A stretch of DNA of 64,000 bases from Batkoa obscura (lineage: Eukaryota): contig JASVEC010000022.1 of the NCBI GenBank assembly GCA_030770535.1, forward strand, positions 496,001 to 560,000, written 5' to 3'. The position numbers and the translations under genes are program-made. The notes under the pieces were generated by a model. It searched no databases and was not told the DNA's origin. It saw only the letters and a list, made by a program, of their open reading frames with translations. Each line of letters begins with the position of its first letter. Within the stretch, counting starts at the first letter, position 1. Shown piece after piece: positions 11,668-26,854 of this stretch.

Positions 11668-14600
11668 TTATTGATATGGTTGGCCATGATAATTATTATT
11701 TTGGGGGTTGTAATTAGGATCTTGTTGGGGTTGTAATGATGAACCCGTATGCCCTGGATAAATATTATTAGGGCGTCCTGGCATCATCATTTGTGGTTGA
11801 CCATGTTGATGTAATGCCCCAGGATATTGAGATGCAAAAGGTGGTGGGATAGGCCTTCCCATATGCATTTGGTGATGTGGGAACTGAGGTGGTCGATGTC
11901 CTTGCATATGCATTACTGGTCGTGGATGCCTTGGCACCTGCATACCTGGATGCATTGGATGTGGTTGGCCATGCATATTTGGTGGTACTGGTAAAGGTCT
12001 CGGTGGGCGCGCCATTGGTCTAAACCCTTGTATATGCTGATGGCCTTGGGAAGGCGCCTGTGCCTGCGCAGCAAGATTGGCTGCCATAAGCTTAAAGCCA
12101 TTCATCAATGCGCTTGTATCTGGGTACGATACTTTATTTAAAATGTATGCTTTAGGTTCCACTTTGATAGGCCATATCATAAACCTTGATTTTCCATTTA
12201 ATTTGAACCCTAAACTGAAATAACCAGGACTTTTATCGTCAACACAGAGTCCATAAATAGACTGTTTAGGTTGTGCAAGTGAAGTGGTGGTGATATATTC
12301 CTCTAAGCTACTCTGAGTACCTTTATGGAACTTTGGATGCTTAATTAATTCATCTACTTTGTGTCTACTAGCATCAATAAAACTAACCACAAGTTCATCT
12401 AAATCCGTGTAAGTGTAATTTGCTATTTTAAGGCGTGGTGGAGCATTTGGAAAATCAGGGTGGCTTTCTTCCTTTATGTTTAAATGATAATAAACATTGG
12501 TATAGAACTTCCACGTAAGTGAAATATGGTTTGCACCATGAGATGATGGACGAAGCAAGTATTCGCCGATGTTCTTGTTTGCAAGATATTCCTCAGCTTC
12601 GTGGAAAGTAAGATCTTTATAAAATGGATTCATGATCGCGCCCATGTTGGGATTCCTTGTTCTAGTAGTACGAATTTGTTTAGGCATATTGGGGTATATT
12701 TCCGGGTGATCTGTAAGTTCTTTCTCGAACAATTGCTGCGCAAAATATTTATCTACACCTGGACCGTCTTTACTATAATAAAGTTTGGCTTTTCTTTGAC
12801 ACTCGCGTATATCTTCCTCAAGCAACGAAAGTTCAACCTGGAATCGTTCCAAATTGACAGAAATAATTGCTGCTTGAACAATAGACCCTTGCTGAAGTTC
12901 ATCTTTTTTAACAATTCTTCGAAATGGTATAACGCCATCTAAACCTGAGCTTAATTTGCAAAGTACTACTCTTGGGAGAACTTTTGTTATTTCAATAGGA
13001 ACAGTCATATGTGAACTAAGTGTTTCGACAGTTTCACCTGTAAGTTGCGCAAAAAGCTCTTCAAAGCTTGCAGGTTTGAATGGTAAACGATTTTCACCAA
13101 ATGGGTTACAGAATTCCCTCTTAACCATTGTCAGAACTGCAGTTTTGGGGGCTTCATATTTCTTACTTAAAATCATAGAATAATCAGATAAATCTAAATC
13201 ATTAAGACGATGGCTTTGTCTTTCTATAATTTCAGTAACATTTGCGGAGGGATGGCTACTATCATCCATCTCATCTTCATCTACTTCAAGGGCATCAGCA
13301 GCCATTTTTCTTGCTAAACTATAGTCTTCAGGGTGCATACGAGTAGCATCTAAAACCTCAGTTGGATTTAAAAGCTGAATAAATGGCGCACAGTTAACAA
13401 AAACATTTCTTGTGACACCTTTTCTTGTGACTAGTTCAGCTCGAGATTCGTATCTATCAACCTCCTCTGTTCTTTTTATAAGGAGTTGAGCTTTTCTTGG
13501 ACCGAGACCTGGGATATATTTTACTAAATTTCCTAATCTTTTATTTGAAGGAAGCATATATATACGAATACCAACAGTACTAACCACGTTCGCAAAAGCT
13601 CTTTCAATAGCTGTGTCAAGCATCTCTTTAGGCAAAAGATGTTGATATTGGTAAAATGTGATATTTGAAATGTTTTCACCTAAGGCAGCAAACTCAATAA
13701 GTGGATCTTGTAGATGTCTAGCCAAAGATATACAATATAGCGCAACTTGGTGGTATTTTGGAAATTCCTCACGCGCTTTATCTAAAAGGAAGTATATCCT
13801 TGCAGCTTCGTCAGTATGTAATATGATTTCACATGGACTATCATAGATTGCTCTGGATTCGGAAAAAACTGTTCGAACTCTCTCCATAAAGCTTCTTGCT
13901 GCTAAATCAAAACCAGATCCAACAATCACATCAGCTGGATGTGATTCGAAAAATGAAGCTAACATAGTCTTATTGGCTTCATCCCTCAAGTCGCCAAACT
14001 CGAGTACTTCTTCAACAATGCCCTTTTCATTTAAATATACTGCAACTGATGGGTCTCTCATTTGTCCAGTACCATTACTCATAGCAATCACGCGAGGTGG
14101 GATACCACTTCTCATGTTATGAGATTTATAAGGCGCCATACTTATTTTTCTCTCAATTGCATTTTGGACTTCGATAGCTAAATATTCTCGTGCTTGTAGT
14201 CTAAGCTTTTCCTTTATCCAAACTTCTAATACAGGGAAGAAATTTTCATAAAAAAGCAATTCAATTATATCAGAACGAGTCTTGTTCCAAAGTTTAGAAT
14301 TGGGGTTAGATTGATCACCATAGTAAAAGAGTAATATATTCGAAATGAAATCCCCTTTTCTGGGTAGAGTTACGTCCAGTTTAATTAATCCTAGTTCCTC
14401 TGCTTCTAACATTAACAGAAATTTATATCCCATATTATAAATTGGCTTTTTATCAACAAACTTAAACGAGAAGAATCTACTATTTGTATCTATTTCCAAG
14501 ACACCTCTTGGAGTAGGTTGGACAGATATAACGGAACTAAGCTCAAATGCTTGTCGTACCGATTTTCTTAATCTCAAATCGTAATACATAAGTTGTGATA

Positions 14601-16264
14601 TATATGTTTTTATATTTTTAAGCACGAGCTCGGGCGTAGGTAGATATTTTGATACATACTTTTTACACAATTCAAGTGGTGCTATCGGAAGATCTTGAGA
14701 AATATATACATTTAGGCCTTCTATTACATTGATTCCAAAGTTTTGTGGTGAAATTCCGAACTCTAAAACCAAATCATCAAGCCCTGCTAGCTTACAATTT
14801 TCAAAAAAATTTGCATTTGAGTTATTTACTCGGGGGCCTTTCGATTTAGAGCTAAAGTTAACACTAATATAATCAATCATATCCTGTACTTCCTCAATTT
14901 TTTCAACACTTCGAGCATATCTCTCAACGTAGTCATCAAACCTCTTTTCTTTTTCGTTATTCAAGTAATTATTTTCGAATTTCTTGAGCTGCCCACGAAA
15001 TAATTTATACTTGCTATCAAGGTCATATATTCTCCAGATATCAGGTAACTGAAGGATATCTTTTAGGTGATCAATTTTAGAATCCTGGTGAATCAAATAG
15101 TCTCTACGGTAATGCCAAATAAAGGGAACTTCAAGGAAATCTTTATTGAAAAAAGCAAGGCATGCCGTTACTGAGTCCTTTACTATTGATGGTGCTGTGC
15201 TGGTTGCTACTTCTGAAAAGAATTCTGATTGCAATAAATCAACCATTTTATTACATATCCAAGTAGCTTCTGCTTCAATTTCTGAATCATCGGGTCTATT
15301 ATCCATCAAATCAGCGAACCTCCCTTGCATCCTCTCAGGCATATCCATATTCCGAATAATTTCATCTTGCTCTGTCATCATCCTTTCAGCAAGCTCAGCA
15401 GGTTCAAAAGCCGCTTGAAGCGCAGTCTGTGGAGCTTCTTTATTTGATTCTCTGACGATATCTGGATCAAACATAGCATAGTTATAATCAGTTCCATCAC
15501 CAAAAATTTCAATGATAATATCTTGAACTCTAAACGAAATTAGCGTGATTAAATATGAAATAAATGAAATTACTCAACGTCAACCCCAGATGCTCGTAAC
15601 TTACGAAGGTGTTCGGATTTTTGTTGCCTTATTTTTTCTCTACGTTCCATCATTACTTGAGGATCTTCATCTTGCATATCTTCTTCGTCATCCCCAAGAT
15701 CATGCTCAATGAAATCATCCAAATAATCATCGTACTCTTCGTCTTGGGCAATTCCTTCTTCTTCATCTGCAAACATATTGTTTAAATGATCCTTATTATA
15801 ACTTTGATCGTAATCTTCCTGTTCATCAGAGTAATCATCATCCCTCTTTCTTTGAAGACGGGTTAACTTTGGTTATTATTAAAAAACTAATCTAAATTTC
15901 TATTATTAAAGAAACTTACTTTATTTGAGCCCAAGTTCAAACCAGTATTCTCTTTAATCAAATCAAGATCCGCTTCATCAAGTTCGTCCTCACCTAATAT
16001 TGTTTTAGTTCAAATTATGAATAGTTAAAATAAATTACTATTTGATATTTTCTTCTTTTTCTTTGGTTTTTTAACTCTGATCGTTTCTTCTTCCTCTTCT
16101 TCCTCTTCATCTACTAAAAAGTCATCCTTTTCAAACTCGTCCAAACCTTCTTCATCTTCTTCCTCTTCCTCTTCTTCATCCGGGCTTTCGTCATCTATTA
16201 CTGCACGTCTTCTTCTATTATGTCTTATTTCTTGAACATCTGATTCTGACTCTGAATCTAACAT
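11668..16264 (-). CDS. SPT6: Transcription elongation factor Spt6
   Basis: Acidic N-terminal exons (16264-15570 region, short introns), DMPERMQ, EVPFIWHYRRDY, YqgF/HhH (LARHLQDPL, IPGLGPRKA), LDATRMHPEDY, S1 and tandem SH2 (LLRPSSHG) regions. Confidence 0.96.
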
Positions 16265-16597
16265 TTTTAAAAGAAATGAAATAAAAAGTTAAAATTAAAA
16301 AACAAAAATCACCCCTTTTATACTTTGGTTCTCAATTTGCAATGATTTCACGAAATTTCGATTATGCAAAAAGCGGCATAAGCTGAGTAGTATTGTATTT
16401 GTTATATTTAATACTGGTTTTTGAAATTAAATAATATTTTAAACTATCAATAAAAGGAAACGTAGATATAAAATAAGCTTCATCAATATCTTTTAATTTT
16501 TATCAGTAGCATAAGTGGCACTTTGTATTTTTAATCCTTTCTACTTTATTCTAAGTTTTAAACAGAATAAGTTTGATTTTTTATTTGTTTTAATAAA

Positions 16598-17263
16598 ATG
16601 GTTCAACCTAATAAAAAATTGAAAAGCAAAGGAAATAAACAAAATACGAAAAACAACTTAGAAAAAAGTAAATAAATAGTTTAATAGTATTATATAAATT
16701 ATTAATTTATATCAGTAGATAAATCAAGCATAACCAAAAATATAACTTCAAAAGGTAATTTAATAATAAAAAGCGTACAACTTTTAATTTTGTAGAGAAT
16801 GATAAATTCATTGACGATTTATTTTCAAAAAAGAAACCGAGTAAAGAACCAGTTGTAGAAAACAAACAAGCAAGTATGTTTCTTTATAAAGATAATATAA
16901 GAATATGTCTAAATACAAATAGTCACTAACTATAACACCAAAACAAAGCCAAAAGTTGACAGGATTGTTTTTCAAGAGAAAAATGCAATAAATTCTAAAC
17001 AGAAACCAACTATTAATGAGGAAGATGATTTCTTTGATTCTAGAGGAACTAAAGGAAGTAAATGATTTTTTTCTTTTTTTAAAAAACAGATTTTAAATTA
17101 ACATTAGAAAGAAAATTAACTGAAGAAGGTTATCCTATCTTTGACTTAAAAGAGCTTAAAATAGGAGAAGGAGAAGGAGGTAATTAATGGTCAAAATTGT
17201 AAGATAATAGCTAATAAAATAGATACTCCCTTATGTCCGTTTGACTGCAAATGCTGTTATTAA
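16598..17263 (+). CDS. DUF1764-family small basic protein (6 exons)
   Basis: The spliced product ends ...DFFDSRG...RKLTEEGYPIFDLKELKIGEGEGDTPLCPFDCKCCY*, the family's C-terminal signature. Five short phase-1 GT-AG introns. Confidence 0.85.
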
Positions 17264-17946
17264 TCATGGGTACTTTTTTATACTTTGCTTTATAGATAAC
17301 TTATAGACGAAATAAATTTAAATTTAATAATGCTTCTTTCGTACCTTTTAATCTTATATTAATTATTTATGATAAATCGAATAGATACAATCCATCTCAT
17401 TTATTTTTTATTTAAATCACTTGTTAGATACTAGTATTAGGCTCATTTTAAGAATCTGAATACATCTGTATACCATGTGTCAGATCTTTTAAAACAATTT
17501 AACTACCATAGTACTTTATAACGTTTATTATTTGGTCATGATCGATTATTGATAAAAATGATAATTCTTTATTTTAATTCATTTATAAAGTGAAATATTT
17601 ATTTTATATCTGTTACTATTTTATTACTCCTTTTTAACTTAGAGCTCAATTTTATACATAACTTGTAATATAATAATAGCTTTTGATTTATAATTAACCT
17701 TGATCATTCAATTTAAATATGAAAGTATGAGACTATTAATTAACCTAAAATAAGTATACAATCGATTTTTATACCAACTCAACCAAAAACAGACTCCAAA
17801 GTTAGTTTATAGTAGATTTGTTAGAAAAAATGATTAGATAATGATTGGTTCAACTAAACTAAGCGCTTCTCCACAGCAAAAATATCACAATAAATAACAA
17901 AGTGAATTTTTAAGCAGCTTTATTTTTTTATCACTTTAATTTCATC

Positions 17947-18460
17947 ATGTCAACTCCAGCCCGTAGAAGGTTAATGAGAGATTTTAAGCGCCTACAGGCT
18001 GATGCCTCAGAGGGGATATCAGGGGCGCCATGTGCAGATAATATAATGTTATGGAATGCAGTAATATTTGGTCCACGTAAGCTATTTTTTTAAATAAGTC
18101 AAATTGTAAATTAAATAAAGCTAATTTTATTTAGCTGAAACCCCGTTTGAAGACGGTACATTTAAGTTAATATTACAATTTGAAGAAACATATCCAAATA
18201 AACCACCAACTGTGAAGTTTACCTCAAAGATGTTCCATCCAAATGTATATGCCTCTGGGGAGTTATGTTTAGATATTTTACAAAATAGATGGAGTCCAAC
18301 TTATGATGTAGCAGCCATACTTACGTCTATTCAATCTTTATTACATGATCCTAATCCTTCTTCGCCAGCTAATGTTGAAGCGGCTCAGTTATATAGGGAT
18401 AATACAAAGGAATATATTCGAAGAGTTAAGGAAACAGTGGAATTAAGTTGGGAGGATTAA
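17947..18460 (+). CDS. RAD6: E2 ubiquitin-conjugating enzyme Rad6/Ubc2
   Basis: [16 protein letters not shown]...WNAVIFGP|intron 18077-18134|[10 protein letters not shown]...[25 protein letters not shown]. Confidence 0.97.
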
Positions 18461-19068
18461 ATTTAAATTAGAATCTTATTAAAACTAAAAATTGGATATT
18501 TTTTTAGATTATTATAAGGTACTCTAAATATTTCTTTCTACTTCTGAAACGGTTTAAATGTTGTACTTATAGAGTTTTAGATTGGAATTGATTTATTTCT
18601 CTTTTCATTTTTACTAAATCATTTAGTCATTCACTTTTTATATTTTTGCTTTTTTGTTTTATTATTAGTATGTTAGTTAACCATGATCTTATTATAATAT
18701 CTTGATTCATAAATAGTTTATTTATTACATAACTACTAAACTTTTAGGGTATGCTGTTATTTAACAATAGATCCAGTTACTTTGATTAGAGTTAACTTCT
18801 CCTTAAAGCTCAAATTAAGCTATAGGAATTTCGCTTAGCTATATTATTATTAATATTAAAATATTTTTTCTAAATATTAAGGATTACAATTATCATTAAC
18901 CCAAAGTACGCTTTAAGATGTTAAAATTTGAATTTGATTTATCATTGATTATTTTGATAAGTTTATAGAAAGAAATTTAAGAATCTAGAAAATCATTTAG
19001 GTATTGTTTACTAGTATGATTTTATAAATAAGAAGTAAAAATAATACTTAATACTTTGTAAATAAATT

Positions 19069-19938
19069 TTAATAGTCATATACGTCATAATAAGTATTAA
19101 ATCGAATTCCTTGATTTAAACTATTGATGGCTTCAGTATCTTCTTCATTAAGCTCAATAAGCTCAATATTTTGCTTTAATCTATCGAAATTAGTAGTCCT
19201 TGGGATTACAGAAGTACCTCTAGCTATACCCCAGCTAAGTAAAACTTGAGCAGGAGAAACCTTATATTTTTCGGCAACATCTAAAAGAATATTTTCTTTT
19301 ATCAACACAGGTGTATTATTGTTAGAGCCTAATGGCGAATATCCTGTTACATGGATATTATGTTGATTACAGAAATCAATCAATTCATTTTGTGGTAAAT
19401 AAGGATGTAACTCTACTTGGTTAGCTGCAGGTAAATGTTTTGGCTTACTATCTAACACATCTTTAATACGGTTGATGGTGAAATTAGATACACCAATATG
19501 TTTAACCAAACCCAAATCAACTAATTCTTGCATAGCATTCCAAGTATCTACAATAGAATAGCTTGGTTTAAAGTCCTTCATTTCAATATTTTCATCCTCA
19601 GCAGGTTCTGGGTGAGGAAAGTGGATAAGATATAAATCTAAATAGTCGACTTGTAAGTCGGCCAAAGTTTTAGTGATAGCTTTTTTTACAAGATCGGGAC
19701 GATGGTAAGTATTCCAAAGCTTTGAAGTTACAAAAAGTTCATTTCTTTTGATTCCACTCTCTTTAATGGCGTCTCCAATTTCCTTTTCATTTCCGTAATC
19801 TAAAGCACAGTCCAAATGTCTATATCCCAATTTAAGCGCTTCCTTGATTAAACTGCCTACTTTATCTTTTGGCAATTGCCAGGTTCCTAAACCTATTTTT
19901 GGAATTTCGGCACCGCTTGCTAAAAGAAATGGTTTCAT
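19069..19938 (-). CDS. Aldo-keto reductase
   Basis: IGLGTW, GYRHLDCALDYGNE, TSKLW, LYLIHFP, IGVSNF, NQVELHPYL. Catalytic D/Y/K/H present. Intronless. Confidence 0.95.
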   Translation of the reverse strand: MKPFLLASGAEIPKIGLGTWQLPKDKVGSLIKEALKLGYRHLDCALDYGNEKEIGDAIKESGIKRNELFVTSKLWNTYHRPDLVKKAITKTLADLQVDYLDLYLIHFPHPEPAEDENIEMKDFKPSYSIVDTWNAMQELVDLGLVKHIGVSNFTINRIKDVLDSKPKHLPAANQVELHPYLPQNELIDFCNQHNIHVTGYSPLGSNNNTPVLIKENILLDVAEKYKVSPAQVLLSWGIARGTSVIPRTTNFDRLKQNIELIELNEEDTEAINSLNQGIRFNTYYDVYDY

Positions 19939-22853
19939 TTTTAAATAAAAAGCTGATGGTCCTAGTTTATTTTTATTTTATTTATAGTGCTACTCGTAAT
20001 TACATCATCTTCAAACTACGAATTTTTCTCGTCAATTTAAGGCATAAATGGTGGTAATATAAAAGATTAATAAATTCTTGTGTCTGATTTTAATTATTAT
20101 TTTTTTCTAGCATTTAACGTAAATATTAGTACTTTAAAATTTAATTAAATCTGTAGACAAAAGTTATAAAACCAATATAAAATCCTATATTTCTATAAAA
20201 GTATTTGCTTTTAAGTAATACCATATGGCACTATTTGTTAAACTAACCCCATTTAAATCTTTACTTCATTTCCAATTGTAGAATTGATTAGAATAAATTT
20301 ATAATTTTACTGCGACATTATAAATATTCTACCATAATTAGTTTGGAATTGTTATGTTATTATTAATCCAAAGTATATTGTTGAGCTAAAAATACTCTAC
20401 CATCAAGTAATAATAGAGTTTAAGTGTCTCGGTTATACTCAACAATCTCTTGGCACTCTAAATTCTATTAGCATGAGCTATGTGTAAAATTTAGAGCAGC
20501 AAAGGATTGCTAAGTATAATGCTAGCTTTTTGTATTTTTAAAAAAAGTCCTTTATTGCTATTTTGAGTTAGACTATCTAAATTGATTTTCGCTAAAGTAT
20601 TAAAATTTTCATTCAGCTTTTACACTCTTCAATAATTCAATTTTTTAGTGTAGGCGTTTTTTTGCCTTCATTTCTTTGTTCATTTTTATTCAAAAAAGTG
20701 AACAATATATTAATCAAATTCTTAAAAGATGTTTCCAGTAGATTCACTTTTTTTGTGTAAATGCTAACTTTTTTAAAAGCACTAAGATCCCATAATCTAG
20801 GCTAGCCTAACAACGCCTTTGCAGGGACTCCTATATTTCTAAAAGAATCCTTAGAAAATTGAATATTCAGCCTGTAAGTTAAGTAAGCTATCCTGAAAGC
20901 GCATCAATCTCTTATGAAAAAGGTGAATTATCGATACAATTAGTAAATTTGTTATAAACACGCTACTATTCATAATAAAACAAAAGCTTAATATGTTTTA
21001 ATATTTTACTATAAACCAAGATTGCTTTTTAAAATATTTTAGCTAAGAAAAGTTTAGCATTATAAATAGTCAACTATTATTTTAAATAGAAGATAATTTT
21101 TATTTTCTATTTGTTATATTGTATTATCAGCTGTGGATATATTTTATTTCAATTGAGAAGACAGATGTTTTTATTGTCTTGCCTTTAAATGACAACAAAC
21201 TACCATAGATGCTACATTTCCAATTTGATCTTAAAATGCCAAGTTTAATTTTTTACTTCAAAAAGCGGTAATTAGCCTCATTTCGAAATAAACTTAAAAG
21301 AAACTTAGTTATTATGTGGTAAAATAGCTGGCAATATGACTAAATGTAAAGGATCCTCTGTATCAAATATTACATTTTTAACATCTTTACCTATTTTGTT
21401 TGAGGTAACTAACTTGGAGTGTGTTAAATTTTGATTCAATGTATAAGTGTATTGATTTCATAGCTTATGCATACAATAAATTAAATTTTAATGGGGTATG
21501 TGTTAGTTTATAATGAGTTAGAGTTTATAAGTAAATAGCAGGGGATATTTCCTATATAAACATGTGTCTAATAATGCAACTAATTTTTCTTCTTCAAAAT
21601 ATTTGAACTTTGAAATTTTTTTGGTTTAGCAAATAAATAAAGATGTAATTGACCTTCAGCTATTAAGCTTATTTGAAATTATTATCGTTATATATCAACA
21701 CTAGGTATGCTATTTCGTATAGATTTTTTTTAGATTAACATATACTAGAACTCCGTTAATTGACTAATTAATTGATATTTCCTGTTATATAACTTATCTT
21801 GTGTCCTTATAAGCAAGCTGATCTTCCTATTACTCATTCAAGTATAAGTTAATGCTATTGTCATTAAATTGCTTTGTTTAATTGGCCATATAAATCTTTG
21901 TGTCTTCGGTCTTTAATCTTGAGTTAATTGGAAGCTATTTATAAATAATGATATTGTGTAATAGCTAATTTTAATATTTGAAATTACGTATTCAATAAAG
22001 ATATGAAACTACTAAATTTTCCTAAACGTAGAATTGAGCATTTAAAATTTCAACTTGCTAAATCTAAAAATAAAAAAAATCATCATGGTTAAACCCTATA
22101 GATACAAAATTAAAATGCCCAACTCTACACTTAGGAAAATTTAATTGTAGAGTCCAAATCAAATCAAGTATAATTTTTACGCATAGAAATACAGTAAAAC
22201 TATAAAATGATTAAATTGAAAGGATTTTTTTGGATCTTGAGATTGAAATTAAGGTAGAATCATGTGCATAAAATCAGGTTTAAATCGATAAGGAATTATG
22301 TATGGGTGGAACAGAAATTAACTTCTTAAATTTTATGTGGGTGATGGCATCACTTTCCTTTATCTTTTTCAGCCTCACCAAGCTGATAAAATTGGATTCA
22401 TCCATTTTAAATTTGCTTATGTGAAACATATCAATAAAAACACATTTTTGTTTTATGTTTTAAATTTTAAAGAGATATACAACAATACTAAATTACCTAT
22501 CAAAATTCAAATGTATAAATATATTTTTCTATCTAATTTGTCCATTAAAAATCTGCCTTGTCATATTTTACTAAGATTAAATTATACTTAATCACCTCAA
22601 ATTTAGCAATAACTGTAAAGCCATTAAATTTGGAAGCAAGTTTTACAAGAATAAGCTAATAAATCAAGGATGATTAAATAACGAACTTGTTAATTCTGCA
22701 AAAATAAGATTTAAAAAAATACTGTAATAAATATTTTAATGCTTAGAATACTCCTTTTTGTTTCTTTATTTTTTATTCTCTAAACTTTCTATTAAATTAC
22801 TTTATATTGTTTAGTTCAGAATTATTTGATAAATTAAATTATTGTACTAGGTT

Positions 22854-25758
22854 ATGGGGTCTAATTTACAAAACAACCCTCTTGTACAGAAACTAACTGG
22901 GTTAAATGAATCCACCTGGATTCATTTAGGTAAGCTAATCTCCTCCACATAACCAAACACAAACTTATATACCATCCTCAAGGCTCATTAGCTGAAATGA
23001 TGAATGAGCCTGAAAAGGCAATGAAGTCATATGAGTCAGCCCTTCGCCACAACCCTTATTCATTTACCGCACTATTCCAGATTGCTGCTCTACATCGTGC
23101 CAGGGAGCAATACGCTAAAGTAATGCACTCATTAAAAATTATTTGTAATCTCATTTTTTTTCTTTAGGCTACTGAATACTTTCAAAGAGCTCTTAATATT
23201 GAAAACTCCAACGGTGAAGTGTGGGGAGCATTAGGTCATTGCTACTTGATGATGGATGACCTCCAAAAAGCTTATTCCGCTTACCAACAAGCCCTTTACC
23301 ACGGCACCTCCCAAAGAGTAAAAACACCTAAATTTATTTTACTCTTTAATCTAATCATTAATATATCAGGATCCTAAACTTTGGTATGGCATCGGTATTC
23401 TTTATGACCGCTATGGTTCCTTAGAACACGCGGAGGAAGCTTTTTCCGCAGTGATGAGAATGGAGCCAAAATTTGAAAAAGGAAGTGAAATTTACTTCCG
23501 TCTAGGAATCATTTACAAGCAACAGCATAAATATGAGCTCAGTTTACAGGTAACATTATTTGCTATCATTTAATATATTATTGACATCATTTTAGTGCTT
23601 TAGATACATTTTAAGCTCTCCCCCTCGTCCTTTGACCGATGTGGACATTTGGTTTCAAATTGGTCATGTTTATGAGCAGCAGAAAGATGTAATATTCTTT
23701 TGTAACTTTAGAGACTTTTTACTAACGTTTACAGTTTAATTTAGCTAAAGAAGCATATGAGAGAGTTCTTTCTGAGAACCCATCTCATGCTAAAGTGTTG
23801 CAGCAATTGGGCTGGCTCTATCACCAATCTGCTGCGCCTTTTGAAGATCAAGATAAAGCTATTGTTTATCTTAACAAGTCTATTGAAGCCGGTAATTTAC
23901 TTTATAGCTTTTTTTTAAAAAAATTAACGTTTTTTAGATCCAAATGATCCACAGACTTTTTATTTGTTAGGCCGTTGTTTTATGGCTCAAAGCAAATATG
24001 GAAGAGCATATGAAGCCTATCAACAAGCTGTGTAAGTCCACAATAACATGACAATAATTGGTTTATTGAACTTTGATTTTAGTTATCGTGATGGGAAAAA
24101 CGCAGCCTTTTGGTGTTCAATTGGTGTGCTTTATTATCAAATAAATCAGTTCCGTGATGCTTTAGATGCCTATTCTAGAGCTATTCGCATTAACCCACAC
24201 ATTAGTGAAGTTTGGTATGAAATTAAATTTGTCATTTATAACATTTACTAAGTATTTTAGGTATGATTTGGGGACTTTGTATGAGTCTTGCAATAACCAA
24301 ATTGAAGATGCAAGAGATGCCTATAGCCGTGCTTTGGATTTAGATCCAAATAATCAACTTATAAGGCAAAGATTGAATTTGTTAAACAGTAACCAAAGTG
24401 AGAGAGTGTAATGTTGTTAAAACTTTTATTTCAAAAGTATCTAATACTTTTAGTAGTGCTCCAGTACCTCAGGATATAAACCCAAATCATTTCCAAAACA
24501 GCTATGCTAATGGAAATGGGCATATAGCTAGATTCAATCAGGTAAGTATTTTCAAATAAATAAATAGCGTTTCTTAAAATTATAAGGGACCAATTGGGCC
24601 AGGACCAGGGGTTCAATCATACCCTCCACCTCCCCGTCAAGAACCACCTTCACTTATGCCACCACCTATTGTAAGAGTTCTATCATTTATATATGACATT
24701 TAATCCTTATTTAACAACTTATACAGCCTAATGGAGATAGATCAAATCATTCCCATCAAGATCAGCTTGCCCCTTTAATGCGTATGAATAATACTAATTC
24801 ACCTAATCCACGTGGTGGACATCATTTACCAAACATTTTACGTGAGGAGCATACAAGACCGGTTGATCCAGGACACACACCACGTCATCCTTATGCTAAT
24901 GAACACTCACAATATTCTCAAAGCTTATTACAGCATCCTGATGCTTTACGTGCACCTAATACTCAGCCTGGGTTCCATCGTCAGCCAATTAAGCGTACTG
25001 AGCCATCTAATGTTCCAATTCCTGTAGATAATCGTAAGATGAGTTTGCCTTCCCCTGCAGGTATATCAAATCGTCCTCATAATGGATCTTCAGTTCAACA
25101 TCGTCCCCCTGAATCGAATTACTACCATCATCAAGAAAGCGTAAACCATCATAATGAACGCCGTGAGCAAGAGGATATCTATAGACAACAACGCCCACCT
25201 CCATATTCAAGACCTGAACATTCTTATATGAATGAACGTCATATGCCCCATCATGAGAGTCCATACCACCATGATGCTGTACGTAGATCTCACCAAGTTT
25301 CTACTCGCCCTTCACCTATGGTTGGACATGGTATCTCTAGAACCCCAAGAGAAGAAGAGAAAAGCCCATTCCAAAATATAGATAACCATAACCGTATTGA
25401 AGAAAAGCCAAGGCCACCAATCCCATCTCATCTTTCTCGTCCTAGTGAACCTATGGCCAGTCCCAAATTTAATGAGTCTCGTAAATCACGCCATGTTGAT
25501 GAAGATTATGATGGAGCCGCTGATACTTTAGTAAGTATGAGTCAATCTTATTCTTATAAATCACATAGACCACCAACTCCACCTAAGCCACAAAATAATG
25601 AATCGAATAATGAATCAAATAATATCAATAATAATTTGAATTCATACCATCCATCCCAACTTGGATCCCCCCGCCAATCACCAAAAAATCAAACCAATGG
25701 ATCCCACCCTGACGAGAGGAATGGTACTTCTTCAAGACGCTCCACCTCTCAGGCCTGA
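22854..25758 (+). CDS. SSN6: General transcriptional corepressor Ssn6/Cyc8 (TPR repeats), multi-exon
   Basis: Spliced TPRs: ESALRHNPYS, GEVWGALGHCYLMMDDLQKAYSAYQQALYH, DPKLWYGIGILYDRYGSLEHAEEAF, FWCSIGVLYYQINQFRDALDAYSRAIRINP. C-terminal DEDYD motif. The start could include a further upstream exon. Confidence 0.93.
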
Positions 25759-26854
25759 TTTCCGATTTAGAGAACAGCTAATTTTATAAAAAACAGCTAT
25801 CTACCTGATCCGCTAACCACAACATTTTTGTAACTCTTGTTCCATTTATTTCTGGTTTGTTACTACGCTTTTTTTTAAAATGATAAATTCATTTAATTTT
25901 AATGAATCCAAATACTCTTTTTATTTTTACAAGTCTAGCACATTGTTTAAATAAAATTATATGAGTGCAATAATCTTAAATATGTGTTTTAAATAATAGT
26001 AGATTTTTTTAGTAAGTTGTTTGAAATACAATCCTTCTAATGAGTGTAAAATAATAAGTGAGGGAAATTATTTTAGCATTTTGAATTGAAGGTTCCATTA
26101 TTATTATTTCTAATTATATTCCAGGTAATGTTACGAATGACGAATAGATTTCTAAGGGTAAAATTATTTTTCTTCATAGAACTCATTACGTCATACGTGT
26201 GATTTAATTACAAGATCCTAAATTTTTATGTTAACTCGTTAATAAGAACATTAGGAATTAATTTTTATCTTTTTAAAATATTTTTTACATTTTTGAAAAA
26301 TTTAAAATTGAAATTTTTTATTATAATAATTACTCATGACATTCAAAAATTGTAAAAAATCAAACATAGTCATTAACTTTGGAATTTAACAAATTTAGTG
26401 TTTTAAATGCTTAGCTCTAAAACATTATTAGCTCTTATACATAATAGTTTCTCTAAAATAGTTGACTAATTAATGTACTAAACTCTTTCTACTGTTAGTC
26501 TTAGATTTGTAATGATATTAACAACCTTTCTTTGACTTCAAATTTATAGCTTAGCCTTAAAGCTTAGAAAAATTGAGATAATTAATTATTTAACTAAACA
26601 GCTTTCAATGTCTTAGCTAAAATTAAAAGCATCAGTTATTTAAATCCTTAGTAAAAAATCTATTATGATTTTACTTTTCCTTACAGCCAATGAACCTCCA
26701 CAATCATGATTGAAAATACCAAGGTGAATAACTAAAGTTTAGTGTAACCTGAAACTCTAATTGGCTATAAACAAGCCTATTCATTGGCAAATAATGATCT
26801 CATATGGATTCGAAGAATATATGACAAAAAAATTAAAAGCTTTTTGATTTACAT

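Noticed and set aside
11913..15418. Several 60-113 aa ORFs inside SPT6 (likewise inside FKS1, SSN6, MCA1 and the PPR-like gene)
   Set aside because: Alternate-frame or antisense shadows of long genes, with no motifs.
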